Assembly: GCA_040285855.1 (NCBI GenBank)
Contig: JAUFOQ010000017.1
Span: 496,001-560,000, forward strand
Source: Eukaryota sp. GEM-RC1
Taxonomy: Eukaryota
Reading direction: 5' to 3'
Length of the DNA: 64,000 nt
A program made the position numbers and the translations under genes. Under the pieces are notes generated by a model. The model worked only from the letters and a program-made list of their open reading frames with translations, was not told the DNA's origin and did no database searches. Positions 45,129 through 58,260 of the stretch are shown piece after piece; positions within the stretch are counted from its first letter, which is position 1, and each line of letters begins with the position of its first letter.

Positions 45129-47228
45129 CTATTCAAATCCAGTTACTAAAACAACACATCGAGTGGCTAAATCGGCAACTTGCTCGTGTTCTAGAAAGGG
45201 AATCGTTTCTTTAAACAAAGGTCTTACAGAAGGAGCTACAACCATTCCAATGAACAAAATTTTAAATATTGAATTTAAATATTGATGAAATTCTGGGGTA
45301 AGAGGCTCTCCTAAATCTATAGAAAGTAATTCATCTGATAATAGAGACAATACTTTTGGAAAATCAGCAACAACAACTGAGTTGAAAAAGAAACAATAAG
45401 TCAAAAGTTCAAACGCAACAGGAAAGACATCACTCAGATTCCTATTCAGACATTTGATTGTAACAGAAGAGATCAACGATACCGACTCCAAATCAAATGT
45501 CCAGACTAATAAATATCGGACTAATTCCTTCAAATAAAAACAAGAAGGTCTATACTCCAGTGATTTTACCCTAGAAACAAACAGATTAGGCATTGGTGTT
45601 TTAAAAGGATTCTTAGAGAAAAAGAAATCTAAAAGTAAAGTGTATGATAGAAAAGCGGGAGAATTGAAGCAGACGGTGATTGTAAAAAGAATTGTGGACA
45701 TTCTCTGTAAGTCTGTCGGACTTAGGAAATTTGAAATATTGTGGAAGAGTAATAGAAGTGACAGAACATCTAGAGCAGCAGATTGGAGATTCATTTCAGC
45801 TGAATCATTTAAAAAATCCAAAATTTCAATTGAAATTTCAAAAAGGAGTGGTAGAACGGCTGATAGAAAATTTGAAATTTGAAACGTTGAAAAATTCGCT
45901 GTTAAAATTAAAGTGAAATATTTGAGAGAAGACAACTTGGTTGGGATGGAAAAATTAAAAAATTGGTTGGTCAAATATTTACAAAATTTCTCAAAGAACT
46001 GGGGATTTTCAGTAAGAAACTTAATAGGAAAGTACAGCAAAACATTGATACAATTTGATAGCACAGAAAAATTCAAATTTGAAACCCAATCATAGATTTT
46101 GAAATAATTGATTTTTTCCACATATTTGTCGTAATTCAGTGCACACGTTCCTAAATGACCGTAAAAGTGATGACGAAGGGGAATTGAAAACAACTGTTTC
46201 TGTTGAATTATATAGTTTTCAATGTTTTTACTCAGTAAAACAACATCAACAGTATCTGAAAAGTCCAATTCATCAATCAAATGTGATTGATCTGTAGAAT
46301 TTGACAGTTGTGGATGAAATTCATTCACTAGTATTGAGAAATTCTTAATGATAAAGCTATCACACCGACCTTGATGTGCAAACTCTATTAATTGCTTACA
46401 TATTTTTCTAGAAAATTTAAAATTTGTTTTCCCACTTCCTAGCTTCCCAACACTTTCCCCAAGTAATGCCCACAAATCCACGTCATTTCTATATTGAAGT
46501 ACTTGATTAGAAGTACCAAAAACAACAGGAATATCCAGTGCTAAAACGTCATCAATCGCGGAGAGAGGAACATAGGGATGAAAAGAGACTGAAAGGTTGG
46601 TCTTAGATAGAAGAGATCGGAATGTCCAGACTATCGAGCACACGTGACCACTAGATGGGGCATAGAACCCAATGGTGCGAGAGTTGAGGTTAGTAGAAGT
46701 AGGTGAAAAGAGAAGTGAGAAGATAGAACGGAGGATTGAAGGATTGAATGGCAGGAGGGCCTCTGATAGAGGAATTGGAGAAGAAAGGGAAGAAGTAGAT
46801 GCGGGTAGGGTGAACACTCTGTTTAGAAAAGTAAGATGAGATGTGTATGATGAAGAGAAACTTTCTGTGAGAAGTGATATGAAGGACTTGAATAGAGCGA
46901 GAGTAGCATCAGGGTCTGAAGGAAGATTGTTAAGAATGTATGAGCTTAAAGAAATGAAGAAAGACGGATAATGATATGAGCTAATGATGAGTATTGACTT
47001 CATGATAGCACCCCGAGAAACAGTGGAATCTCGGATATTTGAACAAGTTGAGCTAATGGACCATTTGTTGTGGATGGTGAAAGAAGTTTCTCTAGAGGAG
47101 TTGTGAAGGCCATCAGGGATTGCAACATCGCACAGGAGAGATGAATGTACGGGCAATTCCTCAGGGAAAGCACAACTGATGACGGCTCCTTCTTTAATAT
47201 CAAACTCACACAATACTACATAGAACAT
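45129..47228 (-). CDS. DENN/uDENN-domain protein (Afi1/Avl9-like)
   Basis: N-terminal VVLCEFDIKEGAVISCAFP...AIPDGLH, HPYVPLS and VFGTSN. Confidence 0.75.
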   Translation of the reverse strand: MFYVVLCEFDIKEGAVISCAFPEELPVHSSLLCDVAIPDGLHNSSRETSFTIHNKWSISSTCSNIRDSTVSRGAIMKSILIISSYHYPSFFISLSSYILNNLPSDPDATLALFKSFISLLTESFSSSYTSHLTFLNRVFTLPASTSSLSSPIPLSEALLPFNPSILRSIFSLLFSPTSTNLNSRTIGFYAPSSGHVCSIVWTFRSLLSKTNLSVSFHPYVPLSAIDDVLALDIPVVFGTSNQVLQYRNDVDLWALLGESVGKLGSGKTNFKFSRKICKQLIEFAHQGRCDSFIIKNFSILVNEFHPQLSNSTDQSHLIDELDFSDTVDVVLLSKNIENYIIQQKQLFSIPLRHHFYGHLGTCALNYDKYVEKINYFKIYDWVSNLNFSVLSNCINVLLYFPIKFLTENPQFFEKFCKYLTNQFFNFSIPTKLSSLKYFTLILTANFSTFQISNFLSAVLPLLFEISIEILDFLNDSAEMNLQSAALDVLSLLLLFHNISNFLSPTDLQRMSTILFTITVCFNSPAFLSYTLLLDFFFSKNPFKTPMPNLFVSRVKSLEYRPSCFYLKELVRYLLVWTFDLESVSLISSVTIKCLNRNLSDVFPVAFELLTYCFFFNSVVVADFPKVLSLLSDELLSIDLGEPLTPEFHQYLNSIFKILFIGMVVAPSVRPLFKETIPFLEHEQVADLATRCVVLVTGFE

Positions 47229-47314
47229 AACAATTGACAGTCCAGAGTGATCTGAACTAACTGGTTGACGGTGTGTTCAAAGAAGATTGTATCTGATTCT
47301 CTTTTTCGCGTTTA

Positions 47315-47747
47315 ATGTCACTTTTCCAATTAATCAAACTAAAGCTCTTTTCACCAAACCATTCGTAATCTATGTTCTTCAGTGGCTTCTAATGGCAATT
47401 ATTGCTCCTTTAAATGGCGGTTTTCGTGATTTTGTGTTGATACGTTTTCTTTCTGCTTTCGTTGCCCATCAAGTGTCCGCTGTCACTCTTTCTGTTATCT
47501 TTATTGTGTTGATGATGTATGTTTTTGCATGGAAACCCCCTTCTTCCTATAAGTTATCTTGGATTATTGGTATTTGCTATATGATTGCAACAATTCTTTT
47601 TGAGTTTACTGTGTTCGGTCTTGCTGGACACCCTTTTTCAGAATTGCTTCATGCTTATTACTTTTGGAGGGGTGAATTATGGGTGCTTGTTTTGTTGACG
47701 CTTTTTTGACACCCCCTTTGATCTACAAATACAGACTGAAGAAGTAA
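47315..47747 (+). CDS. Small 4-TM prokaryote-like membrane protein, paralog 1 (frameshifted at the ends)
   Basis: NGGFRD, AHQVS, TILFEF and YYFWRGELW.LVL, shared with the two downstream paralogs. Confidence 0.7.
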
Positions 47748-48299
47748 TTATTTTAGCAATCGTTGTAGTTTTTATTCGATTAAATCTTGTTTAGTCCACG
47801 TATCATGATAGAGCTCCTGCTTCAGAACTCAGTAGCCTAAAGTCAGTGTCTTGTATGAAGAATTCTTTTATCAGATCATCACAATGTTAAATTAGTTTCT
47901 ATTGATTGTGCATTGGTTGGCCCGTGTTCATAATGTATTTATTATTATTATATAATAATATATAATATAATTGTGGTTGGACCGCATTCTTTCAGTCTCT
48001 TCTTGATGATATACCGGATTTTATGGGACCAAAAGACCTAGTGTGTTATCAATATACTCCAGTCAGGTTGCAGGTCCTGAATGGTGTCTTCTCACAACGT
48101 TCAAACCAGTGTTGCCTTCAAGAAGACGATTCCAATAAATATCCCTTTCCAATGAACGTCGTAACGGAGTCCATATATGATCGAGAGCGAGAGATCTTTG
48201 ATGAAAAGATCAACCTAGACGATTGAATTCCTGACCCTGTAACCAGTCTGTATTCATAAACACGTTATAACTGACCTTACACTCACAGGATCTTAGCTA

Positions 48300-48714
48300 C
48301 CATTCTAGCCAAGGATCAGCCATTCTTCGTCAATCCTGTTGTTATTTATGTCATTTTCTGGTTTCTAATGGTTGGTGTCGTCACTCCTTCCATTGGAGTC
48401 TTGAGAGAATTTGTTCTTACACGATGTCTATCGGTAGAACTCGCTGGCCATGTATCTGCCGTTGTTCTTTGTGCCGTCTTTGTGTTGTTCTTGATACTGA
48501 TTTTTGTTAAGAAACCCCCAAAGATGACAACTTGCCTTGGTATATTGGTGCGTTTTATCTCATTGCCACGTTTGTTTTCGAGTTTGTGTTTTCCAAAATT
48601 TCTGGACTTCGTCATTACTATTTCTGGAGAGGGGAATTGTGGAATATAGTGCTGGTGACTCACCTCATGTCACCTCCTTTGATCGACATGTACGTGTTGA
48701 AGAAGCGTACTTGA
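48300..48714 (+). CDS. Small 4-TM membrane protein, paralog 2 (frameshifted, start uncertain)
   Basis: GVLREFVL, AGHVSAV, ATFVFEF and YYFWRGELWNIVL. Confidence 0.6.
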
Positions 48715-48757
48715 TCCATTTTTATCCATTATTGTGTATGTTTGTTCTTGTGATATA

Positions 48758-49288
48758 TCGTAGGTGTCCCAATACAAGCAACTTTATATCTTTTACAAGC
48801 AAACACATTTTTTTGCTTGTATTGGGACCCTATTATACGATGCCGTGACGATACCTTTGTTTTCAGTATATTACTAGATCACATACCCTATTTCGTAATG
48901 TCAAATGCACATTGTACTGTCATGATTGCAAGATCTTATTTCAATTTCTTCTACAAACACACAATACTTGTCTGTATAGGAGCAGAGTTCTATTGACAGT
49001 GATTCTATTGCCTATTGTTTCATAAATTGGATTTCTATATGCCCCTTTGTCCTTCTGATTTTACAAAATGTCAAACAATACAATAGCTCCATCGAGTTCT
49101 TCGGGCAAAAATACGCAACAATATTAGGCACCCAAGTGGACACTATGAAGTTCGTCCATAGCTCCATGTGTTGTAATTCATTTTAAAACACTTTGTATTG
49201 AAGTTAACTCAGCCAACATAGAGAATAATACAAGCAAACACTTTTACTTGCTTATATTGGGGCCTTGCTTGTATTGGGACACCTACGA
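48758..49288. mobile_element. Tc1/mariner-type MITE
   Basis: 24-bp perfect TIR TCGTAGGTGTCCCAATACAAGCAA; TA on both sides (48756-48757, 49289-49290); internal partial TIR copies. Confidence 0.85.
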
Positions 49289-49776
49289 TAGTGTCTTTCT
49301 GATGGTTGTTTTTATTGGTTTTTATGGAGTATTGCTCCATACTACATCACTGACCTAACTTAATGTCACTTCCGAATTGCTGTCAGTGACTTGAATATTA
49401 GTTTGAGCAATTCTAGATAATAAGTGCTGCCTTTTGTTTGAATGTGATGACCTAATAAAGGAATTAAATGATTTATGATTACCGCTATTACTATTAAAAC
49501 CAAAAACAATATTCATTTGGAGTATCTTCAGTCTAAGATTTCGTCAAGGCTAAGTCTCTTTTGTCGCTAATACTAATGCTACATCACAGTACATATACAT
49601 TGTAAATTATTTAAATATTGTTCGGAAATGGAAAGACCTTAGTTCCACTAAAACTACTAGTTTATTTTTTCCAACTTAGAACCGTTGTTTCCTTTTGTTA
49701 TGAGTTGTTCCAAACGGTGTCTAAGTTACCATGTATGTACTGTATAATGGATAAATTGTGGTCTTGATCTTCCACG

Positions 49777-50191
49777 ATGTCTTTTCTTGTCAAACTTAAA
49801 AAGTTTCTCGTCCAACCTATTGTCATTTATGTCTTGCTGTGGTTTCTACTGATTGGCGTTGTTGCTCCTTTAAATACAGGATTTCGAAACATTGTTCTCA
49901 GAAGTTTTCTTTCTAATTCCTTCTCCAACCGAGTGTCTGCTGTTATACTTGTTGTCGTCTTTGTTTTAATAATGATGGTTGTTTTTACTTGGAAACCCCC
50001 TTCTACATATAAGATGTCTTGGATCATTGGCATCTGTTACATGGCTGCAACCTACTTCTTCGAATCCTTCCTTTTCAATACATCAGGACAGCGGGGTTAT
50101 TATTTCTGGAGAGGAGAACTGTGGGGTATCGTGCTGTTGACACTTCTGCTTTCCCCCTCCTTGCATCTACAAATACAAATTGAAGAAGTAA
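49777..50191 (+). CDS. Small 4-TM membrane protein, paralog 3
   Basis: APLNTGFRN, WKPPSTYKMSWIIGICYM and YYFWRGELWGIVL. Confidence 0.7.
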
Positions 50192-50650
50192 TTGGACTTT
50201 TCCTAAACATTCTTTAAGCTATTTAACTGCGTTTGTGTTCTGAGGTTGAGAACAGTTTCCTGTGTTGATTGGTGAAAGTTTCAACTATAAATCAACAACT
50301 AGAAGTCTTTCACGTTCTACTACTTTTCTCTCTCTTACTACGCTAGGGATTTAGAGTAACTATCTATTTAGGTTTGATTCAGTTCATTTTCTTGAGTAAG
50401 TCGAACTCTTTTAGAATATTGTTCAACTGTTCGCTCTATTGGTTTGTATGTGCTTTGTACATGAATATATCAAGAAACTCACACGTATTCTTGTTTGTAC
50501 GTTTCTAAAACAAGAATTGGTGCTTTATGATGTACCGTCCTTAAAACATGTCTGTTCTTGGTAGTCTTGATCAAGTGATACTCTATTAATACAGACACTC
50601 AAACAAAACACAAAGAATTCAACTACATGTAGAACAACACTATAATTAAT

Positions 50651-51943
50651 TTACAAAAAGGAATCTTTTAAAAACTTCCCTAAACAAGAACTGCACAATA
50701 CTTTACAACAATCATCACAAATGCTAAACAAGGAGTGCTCACACGTCATCCCTGCACCGAAAGAGATAATGAGGTCTGCAATAATCGTGTGATCACATAA
50801 GGACACGTCCATACGAGCATCAATCTGTGAAAGAGAAAGATGTAGTTGTCTCATGTAAACACAGTTTTGAATAAGATTACAGAGATCTGATATACAGAAG
50901 CTAGTCCTATTCAGCGAAAGACATCGTATGTTAGTTGGTAAAAAGGACACATGCATCAACGGAAGATTAGATACAGTGAAGTAATCGATGACTTCAGAGA
51001 GCTTGTTTTCTGGTGGTGATGTGTTGAAGAAATTCATAGTGACAAGTTTGTTGAAAGAGTTAACAAAGAGAGACAACGCAGATGACATATCTGTCGAACT
51101 ACCACCGTAACTAAGAGAGAGACAATTGTAGAATGTTCCAAACAGAGCGTGACCAGATATATCACATGCTTCAAGCACAAAGGGTGAACTGATCTCATCA
51201 ACCATGTTTAAAAAAGGCCGGTGCCTTATTTAGAGGAATAGGTGTTTGATTGCTAATAGATGATTCCCTCATCACCAATTTTGGAATGAATCCAGAGAAC
51301 TTGCTGATGCAACAATTAAAGTGATGAAACATTACAGGATTTGACACAACAACAACCTCAATGTTGAAAGCAGTGACGATTTTCAATAGGTCGGTCAGAA
51401 AATCGCACCACTTCCAATTCGGTTCTATTAAGTCAATAAAGAGGACATGAAGATGTTGGAGGGCGTGACTTAGAAATGATAAGAGATGAGGTAAATTCTC
51501 GGTGGTTTGCACCTGCAGTTTCAATTTTTGGTGTTTTGAGAAATCCAATTGTCCTCTAGAGAATCGCCACTATAACGAAGCACAACGTTGAGTAGTGATA
51601 TATTCTCAGGTATTTCCGAGGTGCAGATCCATCGATTGATGATGACCTTGTCCTCAAAATTGTAATGGGAAATGAATGGGAAAACATCTGTTATCACTGA
51701 TGCAGATGGTACATTCAGCACATCAAAGAACTTGAGATTTGGGAGGAAGTCCATGATTAGGGGAAGCTGATCGTACTGTTGATGGTAGAGTAGAACCTCG
51801 TCCAGCCGTATTCTTGACGTTGCTGCGAGGGAAGCGTGAATGTGGTTCGATACTTGGGCAGATATCGACAGTAGTTTTGTTTCAGTCGCTAAGGTGCAAT
51901 ATGGGATAGTCACTTTCAGAGCAATAAGAGGTGCGGTTGGCAT
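50651..51943 (-). CDS. Hypothetical protein with leucine-rich character (two apparent frameshifts)
   Basis: Three consecutive overlapping minus-strand ORFs; LRR-like LxxLxL patches. Confidence 0.45.
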
Positions 51944-52626
51944 TATAGATATCCGTAGGAGATGAAGAAGCAAATTTTTAAAGCTACAAATTTGAAAAAT
52001 TTGAATTTTATTTTGTGAACTGGCAAACCAGTGTTTGCTTACACCAACTCTTGTTCTAGGGTTCTGTTTGCCGATTGATATCATCATTGTTTACACTTCA
52101 GCCACTCCAATTCATCCACGATGACAAGAAGGGGATCTCAATGAAGAATTAATCCACTAGCTGACAGTAGTTGGTAGATTTTCTTAACAGTAACAGCTGA
52201 TGGAGTTTCTGGTTTCGATCTTTGTGCATGGATAGTGCTTTTTGGAGTAAATGGTTATGTAACTGAATGACGTTGAAACACCATCTTGAGACAGCCCTGT
52301 CCTCGTATATGAACCTCAATGTACAGTTTTTTAAGTGTGTTTTAAACATTAATCATAACTTCTCCAAATCTCTGCTGGAATAAGATCAACATGTTAACAA
52401 TGTTGCTTATGTTGATTAAAACACCATGGTACTCATATCCTAACGAACATACATTGATAACACAATTTCTGATCAACAAGCTTGAGATTTATCATTGGTT
52501 TTTCTTGTTCACAAACACCGGATAAATAAGTTTTTAACCCATATTGTTTCAAACATAACTTTTATTGTGATTGACTTACAGCTATTAGGTAAATAAAATA
52601 AATCGCCAACATAAGAATTAAATAAC

Positions 52627-53517
52627 TCAAACGTTAGTTGTCATTTCAGTGTCCTTTTGACCATCAGTCTCATCATCAGGACCTTCAATGTTACGTCTAA
52701 ATACATTGATAATCTTGCAAAGAGTAACCATGATAGGTAGTTCAGTTAAAACACCAACAACAGTGGCCAACACTGCTGGACTCTGAGGACCGTACATTAC
52801 CATAGCAGAAGCAACCGCCAATTCAAAGAAGTTGGAGGAAGAAATCATTGAAGAAGGTCCTGCGTACTTGAAAGGGACTTTGAAGAAAATAGATGTCAAG
52901 AACGGAATAGTAAAAATGAAAAAAGTGTGAATTGTGAAAGGAACAGCAATGAGCAAAATGTGGAAGGGATTGGAAACAAAGGCTTCTCCTTGAAACAAGA
53001 AGATCAACACGAGTGTGGAAAGAAGAGCAACCATGGAGAAGTTGCCTCCAAACTTGATGACGGCATCAAGTTATTTCTGACCACCTTCTCTACGCATCAA
53101 GATAGCTCGGGTGATGACACGGTGCATTGCTGTACACGGTGCTATTCCGAGGAGAATAGCTCCAGCTAAATACCCTGTCTGTTCTTCCTCTGAAAGTAGG
53201 GATGAGAAAACGAAATTGAAGAACAACTTGCTCCATAAGAACATAGAGATGGGAGCTAGGCACCAACTTGTTATTAGTGTGATAACGATGGCTTTCTTGT
53301 GCTCACCAATTTTTCTAAGGCTGTTCAAATCGATCTTGAGCAGCATTGGATATATCATTGCAAACAAAAGGAAACCAATAGGCGAGTTGACTTCGTAAAA
53401 GGTCAGTTGTTCACCCAAGAACTTAGGCAATACTGGAACGAAGTTGCTGAGAAGGGTTCCCGAAACAATACATAGGAAGACCCAGACAGTAAGATATTTT
53501 TCAAACAGACCAAGCAT
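52627..53517 (-). pseudogene. acr3: Acr3-family arsenite efflux permease with an internal deletion
   Basis: MLGLFEKYLTVW, MIYPM, GYLAG.ILLG.APCTAM, SSNFFELAVA and ATVVGVL.E.P; the segment normally following APCTAM is missing. Confidence 0.85.
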
Positions 53518-53557
53518 TGGAAGAATGAACAACACGTCATGTCACGTTACTCTGTTT

Positions 53558-54326
53558 CATAGTTCGAAATGCGAACGTGTTATTCAGTTGCCGCACGTAT
53601 TCCGCACGTGCGCGTATGGAGTACGGCAGAACACGTGCGAGAATACCATACTCTTACATAAACACGTGTTGCATTTCTTTTATCATGTGGTCCATTACAT
53701 TAGAACATTACAGTGTAATGATTACACTGATGCTTTAAATGAGTTTTATGATTTCGAGAACAAACATAGCTTTTACAAAAACCATCAGCATGGCAAGAAA
53801 TGGAGAAATGTTCACCCAAATCTTTGTGGGGAAAAAATGGCTCACGGGATGGTATTCTTCGTTCAGTACCAATCAAAAATGGAAGTCAATCAACTTCTAG
53901 TGGTGCTGTCGAGAGAAATTGCATTGTGCACTTCATCATTAAAACCAAGAAACGCAACAGGATGAAAACTTTCCTCCTGAATGATTTAATATTTTTTTAC
54001 GCCAATCAAAGACGGAACACCAGATTATTAAAATCGCTGGAAAAGATCTTGTGGAATTGATCAGTGTATTGCTGAACCTCAAGATGAGGACCATGACACT
54101 CTTGAAGATGAACCAGAAGACCGTATTGTTGTGAATCCCTACCTTAATGAAGAGTTGTAGTTTTTGTTTCCAATAATAGTATTTTAGAATAAAAAAAGGT
54201 GCTGGTTAACAGAAAAGAGTATTAAAAAGAAGAATACGTTGGAATACGGTAAAAGAAGCTGCACGTATTCCACACGTGCGCGTATGGAGTACGTGACCGA
54301 ACGTGTCGTACGCATTTCGAACTATG
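53558..54326 (+). mobile_element. Internally deleted hAT transposon
   Basis: TIR CATAGTTCGAAATGCG / CGCATTTCGAACTATG; exact 8-bp TSD ctctgttt (53550-53557, 54327-54334); internal dimerization-domain remnant SQSTSSGAVERN...IKTKKRNRM....NDLIF. Confidence 0.93.
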
Positions 54327-54565
54327 CTCTGTTTGATTTGCTTTCTCTATCTCATTGATTGGAATGACCCCAGTGTCGATGTTAAATATATTGCCACGCT
54401 TGGGATGAGGTCTATAAATTAGTTCTTCTCAAGTCACTCGCAGTCAACAACAATCCAAAGATATGAAGGCTTGAAGAATACTATAAAATCGTCACTTTAT
54501 ACAATAAAATACAGTCAAAGGAGTAAATTTCAAAAAGACACCAAAAATAAATAGACGCCAAGCAA

Positions 54566-57500
54566 CTAAAAAGGAATGTACAAATTTTCCAGTGCAAAAC
54601 GGTTCGGATCAAAACTGTCACATTCTACGGGGTCAAAATCAACCATTACTGGATTCAGCATACAAACAGAAAACAAATGGAAGAAATCTCGGAAACTCAA
54701 ACTAGAAAACGACTTGCGAGGCAAATGAGATCCCCCAAAGTGGCAAGAATACGACAAATTATTAATAAAAGGCTCAAACTTCGGAACTGTCACAGAAAAG
54801 TGACTTGCCATACGTTGACTTTGATTGAAGTAATAGTTTGATAGACTTTTCCGCGACTGAACACCAAATGTGGAAGCAAAACTAGGGAAATATCCCTCTT
54901 TAAAATAAAGAAGAATTCCAGAAAGGTAATAAGAAAAACAATACATGGTGCCAAGTAATTGAGCATCACATTCTGATGGATCGATACAAGAGGTCAAAAA
55001 TAAAAGGTTTTGAGCTTTTGATTTACGGAATTGGTCTCGGTGAAGCACCATGACTTCCAACGACTTCAGCAGACTGGCTAAAGCTTGGGAATGGTTACTT
55101 GATTTGATTAGATTACATATGGGTTCATAAGGATGGTCATCATAGCTAACAAAGCAAGCAGATGTATCAGTAAATCTCGAGGCTAACAACACAAGTTCTG
55201 CATACTTTAGCCTACTTTTTAAATATTTGTTTGCTATTTCAAGACCGAGATTGAACCTTTTGTGTTTAAAACAGCATAAACAAAATCGGAAAACAACAGA
55301 GTCAGAAATAACATGAGAAATATCAAAAGAAGCAGCCAAAGAAAAGGCAGTGTAAGTTTCTCCTGAATTTAATAAATACAATATAGCTTCTTCAATCAAT
55401 GAGACAGAAAGCCAACAAGCACTTGCCAGTATCGTATTCGAAGTAGAGATCAACGAACATGCATGCCGATAAACAGTCTCAATCAACTGGTAAGAAGGGC
55501 TCAATGATGACGAGCTGATGGCGGAAACAGGAAAGTGAGAAGCATTTTCGGGAAGCTTGTCACTAGAGGTTTTAGCAATAACCAACGACTCTAAAAACCC
55601 ACTCTGCCCCTTATCACCACGACCTTCAATCAAATCCAATCCGACTCCCATCAGCTCATCACTCAAATCTGATTGCAAGTCCTTTCTCCTTTTCTGTACT
55701 AACTCCTTCCAAACGTTATATCCAGCTAATGGAGCCACCATGAAAGCTAACTCCCAAAGTCCTTCTTTTGAGGCTAATTCAACAAGAGCTTGGTACTTAT
55801 GAGATAGTAGTAGCCATTTGATAGAAGATAACATCAGAGTATTCTTAGGTTTGGAGGATAACTTACGATAGGAGTTGAGTTCTCGTAGTGATGACGTGGC
55901 GATTTCCTCTGCTTTGGAGATGAGTTGGGATTCGTGAACAATCATTTTTGATTGGCAAATTGAATTGTTAGGTTCAGTGAGACCTGAAGCAGTAAGGAAA
56001 GACGAAAACACTTGAAGCCATACAAGGTGGTGTTCTGGTTGGAATAATTTAAAATATCTGGCCAGAATATTAAACTTTGGATTGGTGAACATTGAGGATG
56101 TGGAAATTTCAGGAAATGGGTCAGTGATGTCAACAGTCACGTCATCACGGGACATATCGACTGCCATTTTCAGCCTGTACTCGACAGCTGATTCAAAAAC
56201 GTCCGAAATATTCCAGATTTTGATTGTTTGATCTCTACTAGTTGAAACAAGTGTAAATGGTGAACTAGGAGAAAAATCAAGACCATACACGTCAACATTG
56301 TGAGCTACAATCGTCCTGACACAACTTTGAGTATCAAGATTCCAAATTTTAATTATTCCATCCCAATCCCCAGAACATAAATAATTTTTAAATATTGGAT
56401 GAAAAACCAAAGGACGTACTTTTGCACGATGACCCCCAGTGTACACACAATTTTAAAATTCTTCTTAATTCCCCAAACTACTATATTCCCATCATCACCT
56501 CCACTTACTAAGAACTCTCCATTGTGCGCCACTTCAAAACAACCCTTTTGGTGGCCGTCCAAGAGTCTGACACCATCTCTATCAATTCTACCACTCTTAG
56601 GATCGTAACTGAACAATCGGACAAACTTATCCTGGCAAGCAGTGATTAGATAGTGAACGTTTTGACCAGCATCATTTTTGATTATGATTGAAGTTACGCC
56701 ATAGACGGGCTCAGGATGATACATGCGAACATGTAACGACAGTTTGAGTGTGTCAGTCAGAATCAGCAGGAACACGTGACCTGATTTTGAGCTAACTAGC
56801 AACATGTTGGGAGATACCCAGTGCAGTCGAATGATACCAAAAGAGACCTCGGTATCAGACAAATCAGACTCAAAGTCAATCAATTCTCGTAGGCAACATT
56901 CCAAAACAAGTTTGGGAGCTTTTTCCAATTTTTCAAATATCTTAAATATTCGCACATTTCCCAAACCATATCCTACAGCTAAATACTGATGATCCTCACA
57001 ACTATCAGAAGAGGCAGGTCTCCAATCAATATAATAAGAGACATCTTGATATCCCGGGATGATTGACTTGCATCTACTAAAAGGAGAAACCAAATCCTCA
57101 CTAGAGAATAAAGAAAAGAAACGAATTGTTCCGTCAAAAGAACATGTAGTGAGCACATTGGAATGAAGAGGGGAAAACTTGCAGGCAAAAACAGTCTCAG
57201 AATGACTCGAGTTTGTCTTGAATACTATTCGTGACTTACGAGTATCGTAGACAAACACGGATCCGTCTTCAAAAACACCTCCTATCAAATGACCAAAGGT
57301 GGAACGTATTTCAGGCGCAACTCCTCCTTTGGATCTGTGAATTGAAGTGGGAGGAGAGACAGTGTGGATGGGAAGGTAAGGGTCTAGAGCTTGGGATTTG
57401 GTAGGAGATTCCTTAGAGACAAGGTAGTGGTTGACAGAGCCAGAGGTAGCAGAGAAAGAAAGAAACGATCCAGGAGAGGAAGGGGAGAAGAGAGCGGAGG

Positions 57501-58200
57501 ATAGGGGGGTTTTGGAGGAGAAGCATCGTAGGACGGTGAAGGTGGTGAGGTCGTAGAGGTAGACCGATTTCGAAGTTGATATTAGGCAGAAGCTATCACT
57601 GGTGGGATCGAAAGAGATGTCAACTATGGGTGATTTACAAGGAGGGGAGAATGACTGGAGTAGTTTGAGTTTGGGGAGGTTGGTGGAGGAGTAGATACGG
57701 AGTTTGTTCTTTCCACAGAGGAGGAGTTCAGAGACAGGGTGGTGTTTGAGGACTAGGTCAAGAGAACTACTAGGGACATCTTTGGCAGAGAGAGCAGTGA
57801 TAGTGGCACGATCAGCATCGACCATGTAGAATTTGGAAGCTCGGGACAGAACAAAAGCTTGTGAAGATGAAGATGGATGGAAAGTGCAAGCAATGGGTCG
57901 ATCAGGTAGCATGAGAGTGACAAACTCGGTGATTGTATCACATTGAGGACGAGGATTATAGAAACGAACTGAATTGTCAAAAGATAGAACTAAAAGCGAC
58001 ATTCTATCATGTTGTAACGAACTTAAAGCAATGGCAGTGATATGACGCTGGTGCCGAGTCACTAAGCATGCCAAATTGAAAGAATTCAGATCGTAGATAT
58101 AAATAGACAAACAAGAAGCATAGGCGAACAGATCTCCACTAAGACTGATACTATGTTTAGAATGGAGAAGGGCTCCTCCAGGAATAAGTTCCTGAAGCAT
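54566..58200 (-). CDS. WDR17: WD40-repeat protein, WDR17-like (apparent frameshift near 56440)
   Basis: N-terminus SGDLFAYASCLSIYIY, HSETVFACKF.P...N.L.T.SFDGTI, HP.PVYGV and H..DVYGL...P.SPF.L.S.SRD match WDR17. Confidence 0.8.
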
Positions 58201-58260
58201 CAGTCTGGTGTGGGCTTGTTATTAATGGAAATTTAATTCTCCAACAAGGATCACAAACTG

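Noticed and set aside
53444..53965. 173-aa plus-strand ORF
   Set aside because: It runs antisense to acr3 and across a hAT terminus, so it is a chimeric chance frame.
6368..58200. Frequent frameshifts in conserved genes read as programmed frameshifting, RNA editing or an alternative genetic code
   Set aside because: Many breaks fall in homopolymer runs with no shared slippery motif, and intact genes end at standard stops. Long-read indel error is the simplest explanation; short reads would settle it.
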